64,000 bases of DNA from Candidatus Altiarchaeota archaeon (GTDB lineage: Archaea > Altiarchaeota > Altiarchaeia > IMC4 > SCGC-AAA252-I15): positions 32,001 to 96,000 of the forward strand of contig JAZDMS010000001.1 in the NCBI GenBank assembly GCA_043800705.1. Direction: 5' to 3'. Below are positions 50,624 through 61,381 of the stretch, piece after piece. The translations under genes were made by a program, and so were the position numbers. Under the pieces are notes generated by a model. That model saw only the letters and a program-made list of their open reading frames with translations, had not been told where the DNA came from and ran no database searches. Every line of letters starts with the position of its first letter. Position 1 is the first letter of the stretch.

Positions 50624-52069
50624 ATGTCTACAACGGATATTTTACTCATTCAACCGCCAGTATCCATCGAAGAGAGATATGGGCGGAAGGTTGGGATGGT
50701 TGGGGGCTATCTACCGCCTCTGGGCTTGGCTATGATTGCGGCGGTATTAAAAGAAAATGGGTTTACTGTAAAGATTATCGACTCAATAGTCCTGGACTAC
50801 CTGGATGAGGATATCCTAAGGTTAATCGAGGAAGATAGGCCGAATATTATCGGTATAACCGCCGTTACCTTAACTTATCATCAGGCGAAAAATCTGGCAA
50901 GGAAAATTAAGGAAAAATTCCCAAAAATTCTGTTGATTATCGGGGGGCATCATGTCACAATAATGCCCGAAAGTGTATTAGCGGATACGAGCTTTGACTT
51001 TGGCGTCCTAGGCGAGGGCGAAGAGACAATAGTTGAACTTATGGCATTATTCAACTCATTGGAATTTGGGGCTGAAAAGATCATCTCAAGTGAAAAACTC
51101 GAAGAAATTGATGGCATAGTGTTTAAGAAAAACGGTAAAATCCTCTTAACAAAGCCAAGAAAATTAATAGCTGATTTAAATTCGCTTCCTTATCCAGCTC
51201 GCGAACTATTACTGATGGAAAAATACATTCCCTTACCGAATCAGTATAAACGGCGACCAGTGGCGCATATGACTGCTATAAGGGGGTGTCCCTATAATTG
51301 TAGCTTCTGCTCGAACAATAGGATATTTGGCAGGATAATACGGTGCAGATCCCCTGATAAAGTTGTTGAAGAGATAAAATATTTAATAAACTGCTACGGG
51401 ACGAAAGAAGTTTCCTTCTGGGACGATATGATGACAGTGGATAAAGGATGGATGCACAGATTTTGCGATATACTAATCCATGATAAAGTTGACATAGTAT
51501 GGTCCTGTTATGCAAGAGTTGATTCAGTTGATGAGCCCCTTCTAAGGAAGATGAAGATGGCTGGGTGCTGGAACATATTCTTTGGATTCGAGTCTGGTGT
51601 TCAAGAATTATTGAATATTATACGCAAGGGGATTACGCTTGAACAGATCATGGTAGCGAATGACCTATGTAAGAAAGTTGGCATAGAAGTTAGGGCAAGT
51701 TTCATGATCGCTCTTCCAGGAGAAACTCCCGCATTAGCCCGGAAAACAATCGAATTCGCAAAAAAACTCAACCCCAACTATGCCCAGTTTTGTATTACCA
51801 CGCCGTATCCTGGGACAAGCCTATTTGAGGATGCCCTTATGTACGGGAAGTTGATCAAAGATTTTACAAAATACAGTATCTGGGAACCTGTGTTTATACC
51901 CTCCGGGTATAAAAATTCCAATGAAATCATCGCAATTAGCAAAACTGCGATGAGAGAATTTTACCTGCGGCCAAAGTATATACTCTCACGGATAAGAAAG
52001 ATCGAGTCAATTGAGGACATCATTAGATACTTTAAGGGGGTTAGATTTATACTGGGATTCATATCATAA
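50624..52069 (+). CDS. Cobalamin-binding radical SAM protein (BchE-like)
   Basis: PPLGL, GGHH, GEGE, RGCPYNCSFC, GFESG, TPYPGT. Confidence 0.92.
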   Translation: MSTTDILLIQPPVSIEERYGRKVGMVGGYLPPLGLAMIAAVLKENGFTVKIIDSIVLDYLDEDILRLIEEDRPNIIGITAVTLTYHQAKNLARKIKEKFPKILLIIGGHHVTIMPESVLADTSFDFGVLGEGEETIVELMALFNSLEFGAEKIISSEKLEEIDGIVFKKNGKILLTKPRKLIADLNSLPYPARELLLMEKYIPLPNQYKRRPVAHMTAIRGCPYNCSFCSNNRIFGRIIRCRSPDKVVEEIKYLINCYGTKEVSFWDDMMTVDKGWMHRFCDILIHDKVDIVWSCYARVDSVDEPLLRKMKMAGCWNIFFGFESGVQELLNIIRKGITLEQIMVANDLCKKVGIEVRASFMIALPGETPALARKTIEFAKKLNPNYAQFCITTPYPGTSLFEDALMYGKLIKDFTKYSIWEPVFIPSGYKNSNEIIAISKTAMREFYLRPKYILSRIRKIESIEDIIRYFKGVRFILGFIS

Positions 52070-52106
52070 CCCTACTGACCCCTTCGAGAATATTACTTAC
52101 AGGATA

Positions 52107-52853
52107 ATGGACATCAAAGATTGGGAATTTTTTGGAAAAAAAGGTTTGGATTACTGGTATTTCATAGGAAAAAAAGACTTGATAGGGCGGGAACTATCCA
52201 GGTTGAAACAAGCGGATAAGCCAAAAATTCTAGTGGTTGGCTGTGGAGTCGGCGATGACATCGGGATAATCGAATCGTATGGGGATGTTACTGCACTTGA
52301 CTGTGACCTACAAGCACTTGAACAAGTTCCCTCAAGGGTCAAAAAGGTGCTTGCACGGATCGAGGATACTGGATTCGTCGAGGAATTCGACCTCATTGTC
52401 ATGCTGGGCGTACTGGAGCATATAGATGATGATTTTCTGGCAATCCAAAAAGTCAAGTTATCCCTTAAAAATGGTGGTCGTGCAATCATATGCGTGCCTG
52501 CTTGTGGACTCCTCTTTGGTCCACATGATCTTGCATTATCTCATCGGAGAAGATACTCTGCCCATGGTTTAAGGAAACTTTTAGAGAACGCTGGTTTCAA
52601 TATCATCTCCTTTTCATATTGGAACAGTATCCTCTCCCCCCTTATACTGGCCCATAGGGTAATACATAATATACTCCATATGGGTGAACCGGCCATAGGA
52701 TTGGTAAAGTTGCCAAATATGGTGAATAATCTCCTAATTTGGGTAATACGGGCTGAGAATAGGATTCGAGATATTATCAGCTTTCCTTTTGGAATAGAAA
52801 TCCTTGCAATTGTGGAAAAAAGATCGGCGACCCCCAAGGATACACCAAAGTAG
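52107..52853 (+). CDS. Class I SAM-dependent methyltransferase
   Basis: VVGCGVG, VLEHIDDD, VPA...HD...H.RRY. Confidence 0.88.
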   Translation: MDIKDWEFFGKKGLDYWYFIGKKDLIGRELSRLKQADKPKILVVGCGVGDDIGIIESYGDVTALDCDLQALEQVPSRVKKVLARIEDTGFVEEFDLIVMLGVLEHIDDDFLAIQKVKLSLKNGGRAIICVPACGLLFGPHDLALSHRRRYSAHGLRKLLENAGFNIISFSYWNSILSPLILAHRVIHNILHMGEPAIGLVKLPNMVNNLLIWVIRAENRIRDIISFPFGIEILAIVEKRSATPKDTPK

Positions 52854-52928
52854 CGATATCCAACATTATTAAGCTCATATTTCAATTAATGGAAAAATCC
52901 ACCGCTAATTTGAGGTAGACGGGAAAAA

Positions 52929-53567
52929 ATGAGTCAACATATCAAAAAATGGCGTATTGTGCAAATCGCCTGTCTATTGCTTATTTCAGGTTGTTTGTCC
53001 ACTGACAGAACAGCAGCAACGGAAACAAAACCGGGTATTCGGGCTCAACAAGAGTATGAGGTCAGAAATATCATATCAGCAGCTTTGAGCGTCACCAACC
53101 CCGACGTATGCGATGAGATCGATAATCATGACTCCAAGATTGAATGCGTTGCCAAGGTAGCTGTCGCTGGTTCGAACGTAGAACTGTGCGGGTCTCTCGA
53201 TGATACGGCCGACCAAGCTAACTGCATAACAGAGATCGCTGTTTCTGGTTCGAACATAGATTTGTGCAACTCTATCGGAGATGCCGCTGGTCAGGGTAAT
53301 TGTGTTACTAAAGTGGCTGTGGCTTATTCGAACAAGGATATGTGCCTGTCTATCGGCGATGCCGCCGGCCAGACAGGTTGCTTAACACAGATTGCTGTGG
53401 CTTATTCGAACATAGATTTGTGCAACTCTATAGGCGATGCCGCTGGTCAGGGTAATTGTGTTACTAAAGTGGCTGTGGCTTATTCGAACAGGGATATGTG
53501 CCTGTCTATCGGCGATGCCGCCGGCCAAACAAGTTGCGTCAACGCAGTGGCAAAGGTTTGGGGGTAG
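52929..53567 (+). CDS. Lipoprotein-like protein with six 26-aa C-x11-C repeats
   Basis: LISGC; same repeat and KVWG end as 49470-50432. Confidence 0.85.
   Translation: MSQHIKKWRIVQIACLLLISGCLSTDRTAATETKPGIRAQQEYEVRNIISAALSVTNPDVCDEIDNHDSKIECVAKVAVAGSNVELCGSLDDTADQANCITEIAVSGSNIDLCNSIGDAAGQGNCVTKVAVAYSNKDMCLSIGDAAGQTGCLTQIAVAYSNIDLCNSIGDAAGQGNCVTKVAVAYSNRDMCLSIGDAAGQTSCVNAVAKVWG
53250..53561 (+). repeat. Near-exact 156-bp tandem duplication (two repeat units)
   Basis: TCGAACATAGATTTGTGCAACTCTAT starts at both 53250 and 53406. Confidence 0.9.
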
Positions 53568-53651
53568 TATGCATCGAAGGATTTTCCCCACGTGATTTCG
53601 CCTAATTTTATATAAGGGCGGATATAAAATAATAAGTCGTATGAAAAGAAT

Positions 53652-55592
53652 ATGGCAACTCATCAGAGAATAAAAAATTTTGGTAAAGAGAATTATCCCT
53701 CCCTCCTCATACTATTGGCCTTAGGGTTGATAGCCGTTTTTACCCTGATTATCTATGACCAAAACCTCATATCCCAGAATAACCTCAAACCCTTCATAAA
53801 TAACGTCCGCTTCCTCGGATTGACCTTAATCATCTTGTTCCTGCTTACGGTCTCGACAAAAGTTCTTGAGAGGCCGGCGACAGTGATTGTTGTCGCGTTT
53901 ATCGTATCGGTGTTCTATCTTTCACCGATATACCTTGACATATGGAACATGGGGGTAATAGACTGGGACTTCACCTTCACCTCCATACTAGCCGCTAAAA
54001 TCAGCATGTTGGATTATCACCAGTTCCCTCTCTGGAATCCTTATATCTGCGGGGGGACGTCTATGATCGCGGCATATCAATCACTCTTTCTTGACCCATT
54101 GTCACTGACGTGGCTAATTCTTCCTGTCCCCATCGCCATCAAGGTGAACCTAATGTTTTATATCATGATCGGCATGATTGGATGTTACCTGCTGGCATAT
54201 CACCTCCGTTTGGGTGTGTACTCACGATACTATCTCGGCATAGTTTTTATGCTTAGCGGCTTCTTTGCGCATAGGATTTTTGTAGGGCATGTTAACATGC
54301 TTGTCATGATGTATCTCCCCCTCCTCCTTTTGTATCTAATGAAATCGTTCGAAAAATTAAGGTACTGTATCATCTGCTCGCTGGTCCTGACGGTTTTCGT
54401 GAATTTTGGCAATCCCTTCCCGGTTACGTTTCTTGTTGTCTTTTTAATCGTTTACACCTGTGTCGAGTTCATAATGAGGTTGGGCACATATGCTCTCAAA
54501 AAAACTCGGGGAGTAATGTGGGTGATACACCCTCTCATTTCGGTATTATTGATTGTAGTCCTCTGTGCATTGGTATCTGGGTTCAGGCTGCTCCCGCTAT
54601 TGGAGTATTACACAAACGTCAGCCCCTACGAGAATAATAACCCAAGCCTATGGGATTGGGGGTTTGTCTCGCCAATCGATGTTTATAATAACCTAGCGGA
54701 CTCCCATCTGGCATATGGCTGGCATGAATCGAATTCATATATCGGGCTAGTGGCGTTTCTGTTCTCGATATATGGGTTATTTATATGCTATAGGGAGCGG
54801 CAGTATGTCCCTTTGATTGTTTTCGCATTACTGACCCTATTCATATCCTTGGGGTCTAACTCTCCGGTGCCTATCTGGGCGCTCGTTCACCAGTTCCCGA
54901 TGTTCATGTCTCTGCGTATACCCCTGCGGGCGATTATGTTCATCCTGTTCACCCTTGTCATACTCTCTGCCCGGGGCCTTTCGGCCGTGGAATCGAAAGA
55001 TAAGAAGTTTAGCGTGTTGGTGGTGGTGTTTTGCCTCTTCATCCTGTTCACCTCGAACTCGAGACTTTTCGAGGATATATTCATAATACAGCCTGTTGTT
55101 TCGGAAAGCTATGGCACTCACTTCAAACAGGTGGTGAGTACTGATGCGCATAAGGATGCTTATTCTTGGATGTACACTCATGTATTGGACGGTCAGGGGG
55201 TCACAAACTGTTATATGATCGGATCACTTCAAAATCATGCAATCCCGGCACAGGACGGCAGATACTGGGGGGAGGTGGTTATCCGTGAAACTGGGTTGGG
55301 GAACGCTAGTATACTCTCATTTTCACCAAATATGATCGTTGTCGACGTTAACTCCTCGGGTAAAGGTTTGCTTATCCTGAACCAGAATTTCGAAAGGAAT
55401 TGGAAATTAGAGGGTGGCGGGGTCGTAAAAAATACAGATGGTTTGATCTCGACAGATGTTGATTCAACCACGCAAAAGGTTGTATTCTATTACCTTCCAG
55501 ACACCTTCATTATAGGCGTGTTCTTATCGATTATTGGCCTGAGTATATGTGTTCTCACCATTAGAAGACATGGTTTATCGATCCTTTGGTGA
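53652..55592 (+). CDS. Polytopic membrane protein, YfhO/GT-C-like
   Basis: DWD loop, FPLWNPYICGG, YIG, LRIPLR, LILNQNF..NW. Confidence 0.75.
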   Translation: MATHQRIKNFGKENYPSLLILLALGLIAVFTLIIYDQNLISQNNLKPFINNVRFLGLTLIILFLLTVSTKVLERPATVIVVAFIVSVFYLSPIYLDIWNMGVIDWDFTFTSILAAKISMLDYHQFPLWNPYICGGTSMIAAYQSLFLDPLSLTWLILPVPIAIKVNLMFYIMIGMIGCYLLAYHLRLGVYSRYYLGIVFMLSGFFAHRIFVGHVNMLVMMYLPLLLLYLMKSFEKLRYCIICSLVLTVFVNFGNPFPVTFLVVFLIVYTCVEFIMRLGTYALKKTRGVMWVIHPLISVLLIVVLCALVSGFRLLPLLEYYTNVSPYENNNPSLWDWGFVSPIDVYNNLADSHLAYGWHESNSYIGLVAFLFSIYGLFICYRERQYVPLIVFALLTLFISLGSNSPVPIWALVHQFPMFMSLRIPLRAIMFILFTLVILSARGLSAVESKDKKFSVLVVVFCLFILFTSNSRLFEDIFIIQPVVSESYGTHFKQVVSTDAHKDAYSWMYTHVLDGQGVTNCYMIGSLQNHAIPAQDGRYWGEVVIRETGLGNASILSFSPNMIVVDVNSSGKGLLILNQNFERNWKLEGGGVVKNTDGLISTDVDSTTQKVVFYYLPDTFIIGVFLSIIGLSICVLTIRRHGLSILW

Positions 55593-55784
55593 TATTATCT
55601 TACAATAATTGGGTGTATGTAATGGCATATAATCTGGGCTCAATTTTTTACCTAGTTGATTGTTCGCAAAATATGCCTTGTTCTAATAATGATTTTAAAT
55701 CATGCATGTCCTATACTATTAAGTAAACTTTGTATCTCAGTGGATGATGATTAAACGGGTTATGTCTGACGGCTCAGTATTTTT

Positions 55785-57245
55785 ATGAAAGAGGACCAAT
55801 ATTTTAATGCAAGACGGGATGAGGTTAAACAGCACTTCAATTCATTGGCTGGCGAGTATGGCTACTGGAAGAGAAAGAATAGTTACTACTTTAAGCTTCT
55901 AAAGGATCTTTTCAGGGAAATTGTGCCTAACGGAAAGTCGGTTTTGGAGATGGGGTGCGGGACAGGGGATGTATTGGTCTGCCTAGAACCAATCTACGGC
56001 GTAGGTGTTGACGTAAGCGAGGGAATGGTTAATGCTGCAAAAACTAAACATCCTAAAATGGATTTTTTTGTTGGCGCAGCCGAATCGATTAAATTAGACG
56101 AGCAATTTGATTATGTCGTTATGGCCGATCTTATCGACCACCTTGTTGACGTGCAGGGGACGTTAAAGAATGTCAGGCCCATGATAAAATGGGGTGGGCG
56201 GCTTGTCATTTCAACTATTAATCCTTTGTGGTCTCCGATTTTGCTTATTTCAGAAAAACTCGGGTTAAAGATGCCTGAAGGATACCATAATTTCGTCCTA
56301 AAAGATGACATATGCAATATCCTTCGTCTTGAAGACTATGAGGTTGTAGACTCGGGATATAGGATCCTAATCCCGAAATACTTTCCTCTCCTATCCGATT
56401 TTATCAACAAATTTGCGCCGCGGATAAAGTTCATTCGAGAATTTTGCCTTTGCCAATATATTGTGGCAACCCCTTCCTCGGCGCCCCGGGGTGAGTCTCC
56501 TGACATTTCACTCTCAATAGTTATCCCCTGCTATAATGAGGAGGATAATATAATGGCGTGCGTGGCTAGAATACCTAGGATCACACTTAGTCAGGAAGTA
56601 GTTCTAGTCAATGATGGATCGACTGATGGAACAGAGCGAGCAATTATGGGCTTAAGGTCTGATAATCCCAGGTACATCAAAGTCGTATCCTATCATAATA
56701 ATCAAGGAAAAGGCCACGCTGTCAAAAAAGGATTTGAAGCTGCCAACGGTGAGGTCCTGATGATCCTTGATGCGGACATGTCACTCATGCCGGAGGAATT
56801 ACCTAGATTCTATGAGGCTATCAAAAACAAAAAGGGGGATTTTATCAATGGTACGCGGATGATGTATCCTATGGAAGATGAGTCTATGCGACTCCTAAAT
56901 CTTATCGGCAACAATATCTTTAGCAGAGCATTATCCCTACTCGTAGGTCAACGGCTTACGGACACATTATGTGGCACAAAATGTCTTTTTAAATCGGATT
57001 TTAAAAAGATGATGATGGGCAGGGATAGGTGGGGTGATTTTGACCTGCTTTTCGGTGCTGCAAAGTTAAAACTACGGATAGTTGAAGTTCCTGTCCATTA
57101 TCAGCGGAGGGATTGGGGGGAATCTAAGATGCTGCCCCTAAAACACGGTTTCCAGCTGTTCATGGTGTGCTTAGTATTCCTTTTTGAGCTTAAATTGCGT
57201 CTTCAATGGGATAGAATCAAAAGGCGCGGGGTGGAGGATACTTGA
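55785..57245 (+). CDS. Methyltransferase-GT2 glycosyltransferase fusion
   Basis: LEMGCGTG; SIVIPCYNEE, NDGSTDGT, LDAD, DTLCGTK, WGDFDL. Confidence 0.9.
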   Translation: MKEDQYFNARRDEVKQHFNSLAGEYGYWKRKNSYYFKLLKDLFREIVPNGKSVLEMGCGTGDVLVCLEPIYGVGVDVSEGMVNAAKTKHPKMDFFVGAAESIKLDEQFDYVVMADLIDHLVDVQGTLKNVRPMIKWGGRLVISTINPLWSPILLISEKLGLKMPEGYHNFVLKDDICNILRLEDYEVVDSGYRILIPKYFPLLSDFINKFAPRIKFIREFCLCQYIVATPSSAPRGESPDISLSIVIPCYNEEDNIMACVARIPRITLSQEVVLVNDGSTDGTERAIMGLRSDNPRYIKVVSYHNNQGKGHAVKKGFEAANGEVLMILDADMSLMPEELPRFYEAIKNKKGDFINGTRMMYPMEDESMRLLNLIGNNIFSRALSLLVGQRLTDTLCGTKCLFKSDFKKMMMGRDRWGDFDLLFGAAKLKLRIVEVPVHYQRRDWGESKMLPLKHGFQLFMVCLVFLFELKLRLQWDRIKRRGVEDT

Positions 57246-60151
57246 TGGTAGCTCGTAAAAGGAATTATCGAAAAAATTTCGCCTCGGAGGGTGGTTTTCA
57301 GAATATTCAGGATCTTATCGGCCTTGCCTTATTGTTTATTGCGGTGTTTTTTTTACTATATACGACTTTTCCCCTATTGCTCAACAAAGGCTATATAAAC
57401 GGTGGTGATAACTTCATCCATACCGCTGAGATCTTTTATATGGACCGGCTTTTCACCGAGGATGGCTCCCTCTTCGGATGGTATCACATGTTCAACACTG
57501 GTCATCCGCTGTTTTATTTCTACCAGTCGCTCTTCCATATGATCGTTGTATTTTTCCATAATATCACGGCTTTGGACCTTCTCTATTCTGAAAAGGTCAT
57601 TCTGATCATCATAATATCGCTGTATCCCCTAAGCATGTTTTATTTTCTCACCCATGTGGGGTATTCAAGGCTTATATCAGGTCTTGCGGCATTGTTTTCT
57701 ATCACCTCAAACGCGGCTTGGGGCAACGGCATAACGACGTACTTCTATTCTGGAGCGATAACCGGGGCGATGGGCATGCTGTTATTCCCCATTGCATTGG
57801 CTTTGGTATACGACTCATTTATTAAAAACCGGAGCGTTTGGGCTCTGTTGCTGGTCCTTATCTTGTCGATGCTTGCGCATTATCTGATCTGTTATATGTT
57901 GTGGATAATACTGACCATTTTCCTCTTTTTTACCCTGATTAAGTGCGATATCGGATTTTCCGCATTTGCCCTCAGAAAGTATGTGGTGGTGGTATTGGCT
58001 TTCAGTTTGTTGGCGTCATTCCATATCATCCCGGTTTTAAGGACCGTTGTCGGACAGAGTGCGTTAGAAATATTGGTGCAGGAGGGTTGGTATGAGGGTT
58101 GGTATCAAAACTCTTTTACTCTCCCTGAAACGATCGATTTTTACCTAAACGGATGGATATTCGACGTATCGAATCCTGAATTTAGGAAGTATAACTGGTA
58201 TAATAACTCTGAAAGCGGGAGGTTGCCTATCCTGACCATGTTCTCCATTCTCGGGTTCATATACTGCGCCCTCAAACCGACGGAAAAGCAGAATGGTTTC
58301 CTTTCAGTTGGATTTTTGTTTTCGATATTGTTGTATTCTGGGGAGGATGATGCGATATTCCTTAAGCTCATGCCGTTCCACAATCATCTGTGGTATATCC
58401 GCGCGATTTTAATATTCGAGTTCTTTGTCGTCATTCTGGCGGCTGTTGGTATGTACCAATTGTGTAGGCTCTTCACATCCTTGTGTACGAAAAAGATCTG
58501 TAAGAAGGACCTAGAATACAGGAAAGGGGCTGTCTTGACAGTAGTTATTTTTTTCTTCTCTATTGCGGTTTTTGGGCATTTATTGTCAGAGCGTTATGAC
58601 ATATCCTTGAAATTGGTCACGGTTGTCAATACTGATGAGTTGGCAAGCATCGGGCAGTTGTTCTCCTCCGCTATATATGATGGCCAGGGCAGGATGTTTG
58701 TCGGGCACGAGCTGAATATCAGGACATCGCATGGTGAGTATCCTGTTTTTGCCATAGAGTCCAATCTATCGACGATTATGCCGCCGTCTTGGGAACAGAA
58801 TTATATCACCCAACAGCTCTTGACCCGGCTTCTTCCCCAGGGATTTGATGAACCTAGCCTTGCGGTCGGAATACCTAACGAGCCGCAATTGATGGATCTG
58901 TATAATATCAAGTATCTGCTTGCCGCTAAAAATTGGGGCAATTCATCCAAAGATCCGAGGGCGGTTGATAAAATCTTACTCGCCAACAATTCACGTTTTG
59001 AATTCTATGAGATCGGTAAAAACCACACATATTTCAAATTTATTTCCTCAAAACCGGCATTGGCCGTTGCAAGCGATTATAGTTGGTTCAATCTAGGCTT
59101 GCAGTGGTTGTATACCTACCAGAAGAATGAAAACTTCTCCCGTTTACCTTTTATAGTCAAATCAAAGACTAATGTCCTGGATGATATCGAATTTGATAGT
59201 GGCAAGTACCCTGTCATTATACTCCTTGACTATGACATACGAAGCAGGGAATCTGTCGATAGCAAGATCAGGGATTATGTCGATTCCGGTGGGCAGATCA
59301 TCTCTTGGGAGAACGGCTTTAGCGGTAATGGTACATATCTAAGTAATCACGGCGCATGGATGGATATAATTTTACCCAAGACCCCTGAATTTTCCGGTTC
59401 TCAGGGCATATATGCCCCTGAATCCGGCCTTCAAAGATTTAAGGTTAAGTACCATTCGGATGAGTCCCGTTTTATTGTGTTTAAAATGAGTTATTTCCAG
59501 GGTTGGAATGCACTTGTCGATGGAGAACGTATCGAGGTTGTAGCAGTTACGCCTGAATTTGTTGGGTTGTGGATCCCAGCCGGGGACCATGTGTTGGAGT
59601 TAAAATATGGCCTTGATACGGATTATGTCGGGTATTTGCTTTTCTTAGTTGGTATTTTGGCAGTTTTGTGTGCAAACAAGAGAAAAATGATTTTTTACGG
59701 AGGGGGTATGGGAAAGGTTCTTGTTGAACGGCCTTTAGTCCATTATGTGCTACTTTTTGCTTTATTATCGTATATTGGTTCGGTATATGTCCTGCAGGCG
59801 TACTTTTACATGCCTGTTCACGAATTGCCCACAACCGGCGATTCTTATGGCATCTATCGGACTCCGCTAATCTGGGAGATGACGCCGATCAATACCTCTG
59901 GAAATGGTCTGTTGAGGTATGAGGTGGAGGTTAGCGGATGCCCATTGGACTTTAGCAACTGTATACTGTTTAATACTACGACCTCGACAACTAATTATTA
60001 TCTTGATTCTGAGAAATTCAGGCCCGGCGGTATTTATGCGTGGCATGTGAGGGCTGTAACGGATGATATGGTCGGGGTTTGGTCCATTCCCGATGTTTTT
60101 ATGACTGTTAAGAACGCTCCTAATATAGGGAATGTCTATCTAGCTGATTAG
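57245..60151 (+). CDS. Large GT-C/YfhO-like membrane protein with C-terminal FN3-like domain
   Basis: GGDN..H, GW....GHPLFYFY, KMSYF.GW.A.VDG, Y.WHVRA...G.WS. Confidence 0.75.
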   Translation: MVARKRNYRKNFASEGGFQNIQDLIGLALLFIAVFFLLYTTFPLLLNKGYINGGDNFIHTAEIFYMDRLFTEDGSLFGWYHMFNTGHPLFYFYQSLFHMIVVFFHNITALDLLYSEKVILIIIISLYPLSMFYFLTHVGYSRLISGLAALFSITSNAAWGNGITTYFYSGAITGAMGMLLFPIALALVYDSFIKNRSVWALLLVLILSMLAHYLICYMLWIILTIFLFFTLIKCDIGFSAFALRKYVVVVLAFSLLASFHIIPVLRTVVGQSALEILVQEGWYEGWYQNSFTLPETIDFYLNGWIFDVSNPEFRKYNWYNNSESGRLPILTMFSILGFIYCALKPTEKQNGFLSVGFLFSILLYSGEDDAIFLKLMPFHNHLWYIRAILIFEFFVVILAAVGMYQLCRLFTSLCTKKICKKDLEYRKGAVLTVVIFFFSIAVFGHLLSERYDISLKLVTVVNTDELASIGQLFSSAIYDGQGRMFVGHELNIRTSHGEYPVFAIESNLSTIMPPSWEQNYITQQLLTRLLPQGFDEPSLAVGIPNEPQLMDLYNIKYLLAAKNWGNSSKDPRAVDKILLANNSRFEFYEIGKNHTYFKFISSKPALAVASDYSWFNLGLQWLYTYQKNENFSRLPFIVKSKTNVLDDIEFDSGKYPVIILLDYDIRSRESVDSKIRDYVDSGGQIISWENGFSGNGTYLSNHGAWMDIILPKTPEFSGSQGIYAPESGLQRFKVKYHSDESRFIVFKMSYFQGWNALVDGERIEVVAVTPEFVGLWIPAGDHVLELKYGLDTDYVGYLLFLVGILAVLCANKRKMIFYGGGMGKVLVERPLVHYVLLFALLSYIGSVYVLQAYFYMPVHELPTTGDSYGIYRTPLIWEMTPINTSGNGLLRYEVEVSGCPLDFSNCILFNTTTSTTNYYLDSEKFRPGGIYAWHVRAVTDDMVGVWSIPDVFMTVKNAPNIGNVYLAD

Positions 60152-60200
60152 GGCTGGTCGTCTTTTTTAATTTCTCAGGATTCAGCAATCCTTTCTTTGT

Positions 60201-61034
60201 CTATCTTTTTTTCTTTTTGCGATTTTTGGTGATTTTTCTGTAGATCAGGTAACCTAATATACTGACCAATATTGCCGGGGGCAACCATACCGGGAAAGGC
60301 AGCTTGCTTGTCGTTGTTTGTTTTATTGTGATCACTCCCCGTATTAGTGAGGCGTAGTGTTGGTTGTTTTCGGTGTACGAGGCTATTGCTGTTATGGGAT
60401 ATATGCTTCCGGGTAGTGCGCCGGCAGGTTCTATTGTTATGGGGATTTGTTGTTCTTTATTCGGTTCTAGGACGATATTCAGCATCACAATGTCCGCCCT
60501 TAGTTCGTCTGGGAGTATTAGCTTTATTTTCACGTCGTGGGCTTTTTCATCGCGATTCATTATTTTTAGGTTTGTCGTCGCTGCCTCTTTTTCTAACTCA
60601 AGATTACCCATTATGCCCGAGATCGTGTTCATGGTGGGTGTCTTATAAATGATCGTTTGGGCGTTAACGGAGGAGAATGGGTATTGGTTTTCATCCTTAT
60701 AGTTTGTAAGCAGCGCGACTATGTATGCTCCCGGTATTGCGTCTTCGGATATGTTTATCCTGAATATGTCCTTCTTTTCTTGTTTGGGTTCTAATTTTTG
60801 ATAGAATATTGACTGTCCTGTAAAGCCGTCTGGCAATATTAGGGAGAACTTGGTCTCATATGCCGACTCATCACCTCTGTTGGTAATGGTGATGGGTATC
60901 TCAAAATATGGATCCTGTATATCCTCTGGTGGGGATAATTTGGGCACGATTTGTATATAATTGGCAGATGACATCAGTGGCATGAGTATGGCTACACAGA
61001 GGCAAGACAGGATTATATTATGGAGTTTTATCAT
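60201..61034 (-). CDS. Membrane-anchored protein with two Ig-like domains (paralog of 48242-49090)
   Basis: YIQ..P, N.GDESAY, NQYPFSSVN, NRDEK.H, ALPGSIYPI shared; TM plus RKKKR. Confidence 0.75.
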   Translation of the reverse strand: MIKLHNIILSCLCVAILMPLMSSANYIQIVPKLSPPEDIQDPYFEIPITITNRGDESAYETKFSLILPDGFTGQSIFYQKLEPKQEKKDIFRINISEDAIPGAYIVALLTNYKDENQYPFSSVNAQTIIYKTPTMNTISGIMGNLELEKEAATTNLKIMNRDEKAHDVKIKLILPDELRADIVMLNIVLEPNKEQQIPITIEPAGALPGSIYPITAIASYTENNQHYASLIRGVITIKQTTTSKLPFPVWLPPAILVSILGYLIYRKITKNRKKKKR

Positions 61035-61381
61035 AGTACTTGTCCTTTTTTTACCCTTGATTATTGGGAGATTAGGTATAAAAATCAATTCCCCATTTGT
61101 CCCGTGTTATGATTTTCTGGGCATTTTTTTTAATTGCTGGAATGTCTTATGGGGGTGGTGATATGCGGGCCGATGGCCGTTGGAAAACGCAAGTAATCCT
61201 AAAAGCATGCTTAGTTTTATCTATTAAAACTATTAGCTTAATGTATTGGCATGGACAATAAGTCACATACTATTAATTTGACATTCTATTATCTGTTGAT
61301 GACAAAGAATGCGATTATTATGGCTGGTTATACTCTTCCTATTGGATTGGCAATCTGCAATATCCTCCAGAACGAGCAAAA

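Noticed and set aside
53250-53561. DGR template/variable repeat pair
   Set aside because: The copies are tandem within one ORF, the differences are not confined to adenines, and no reverse transcriptase is in the window
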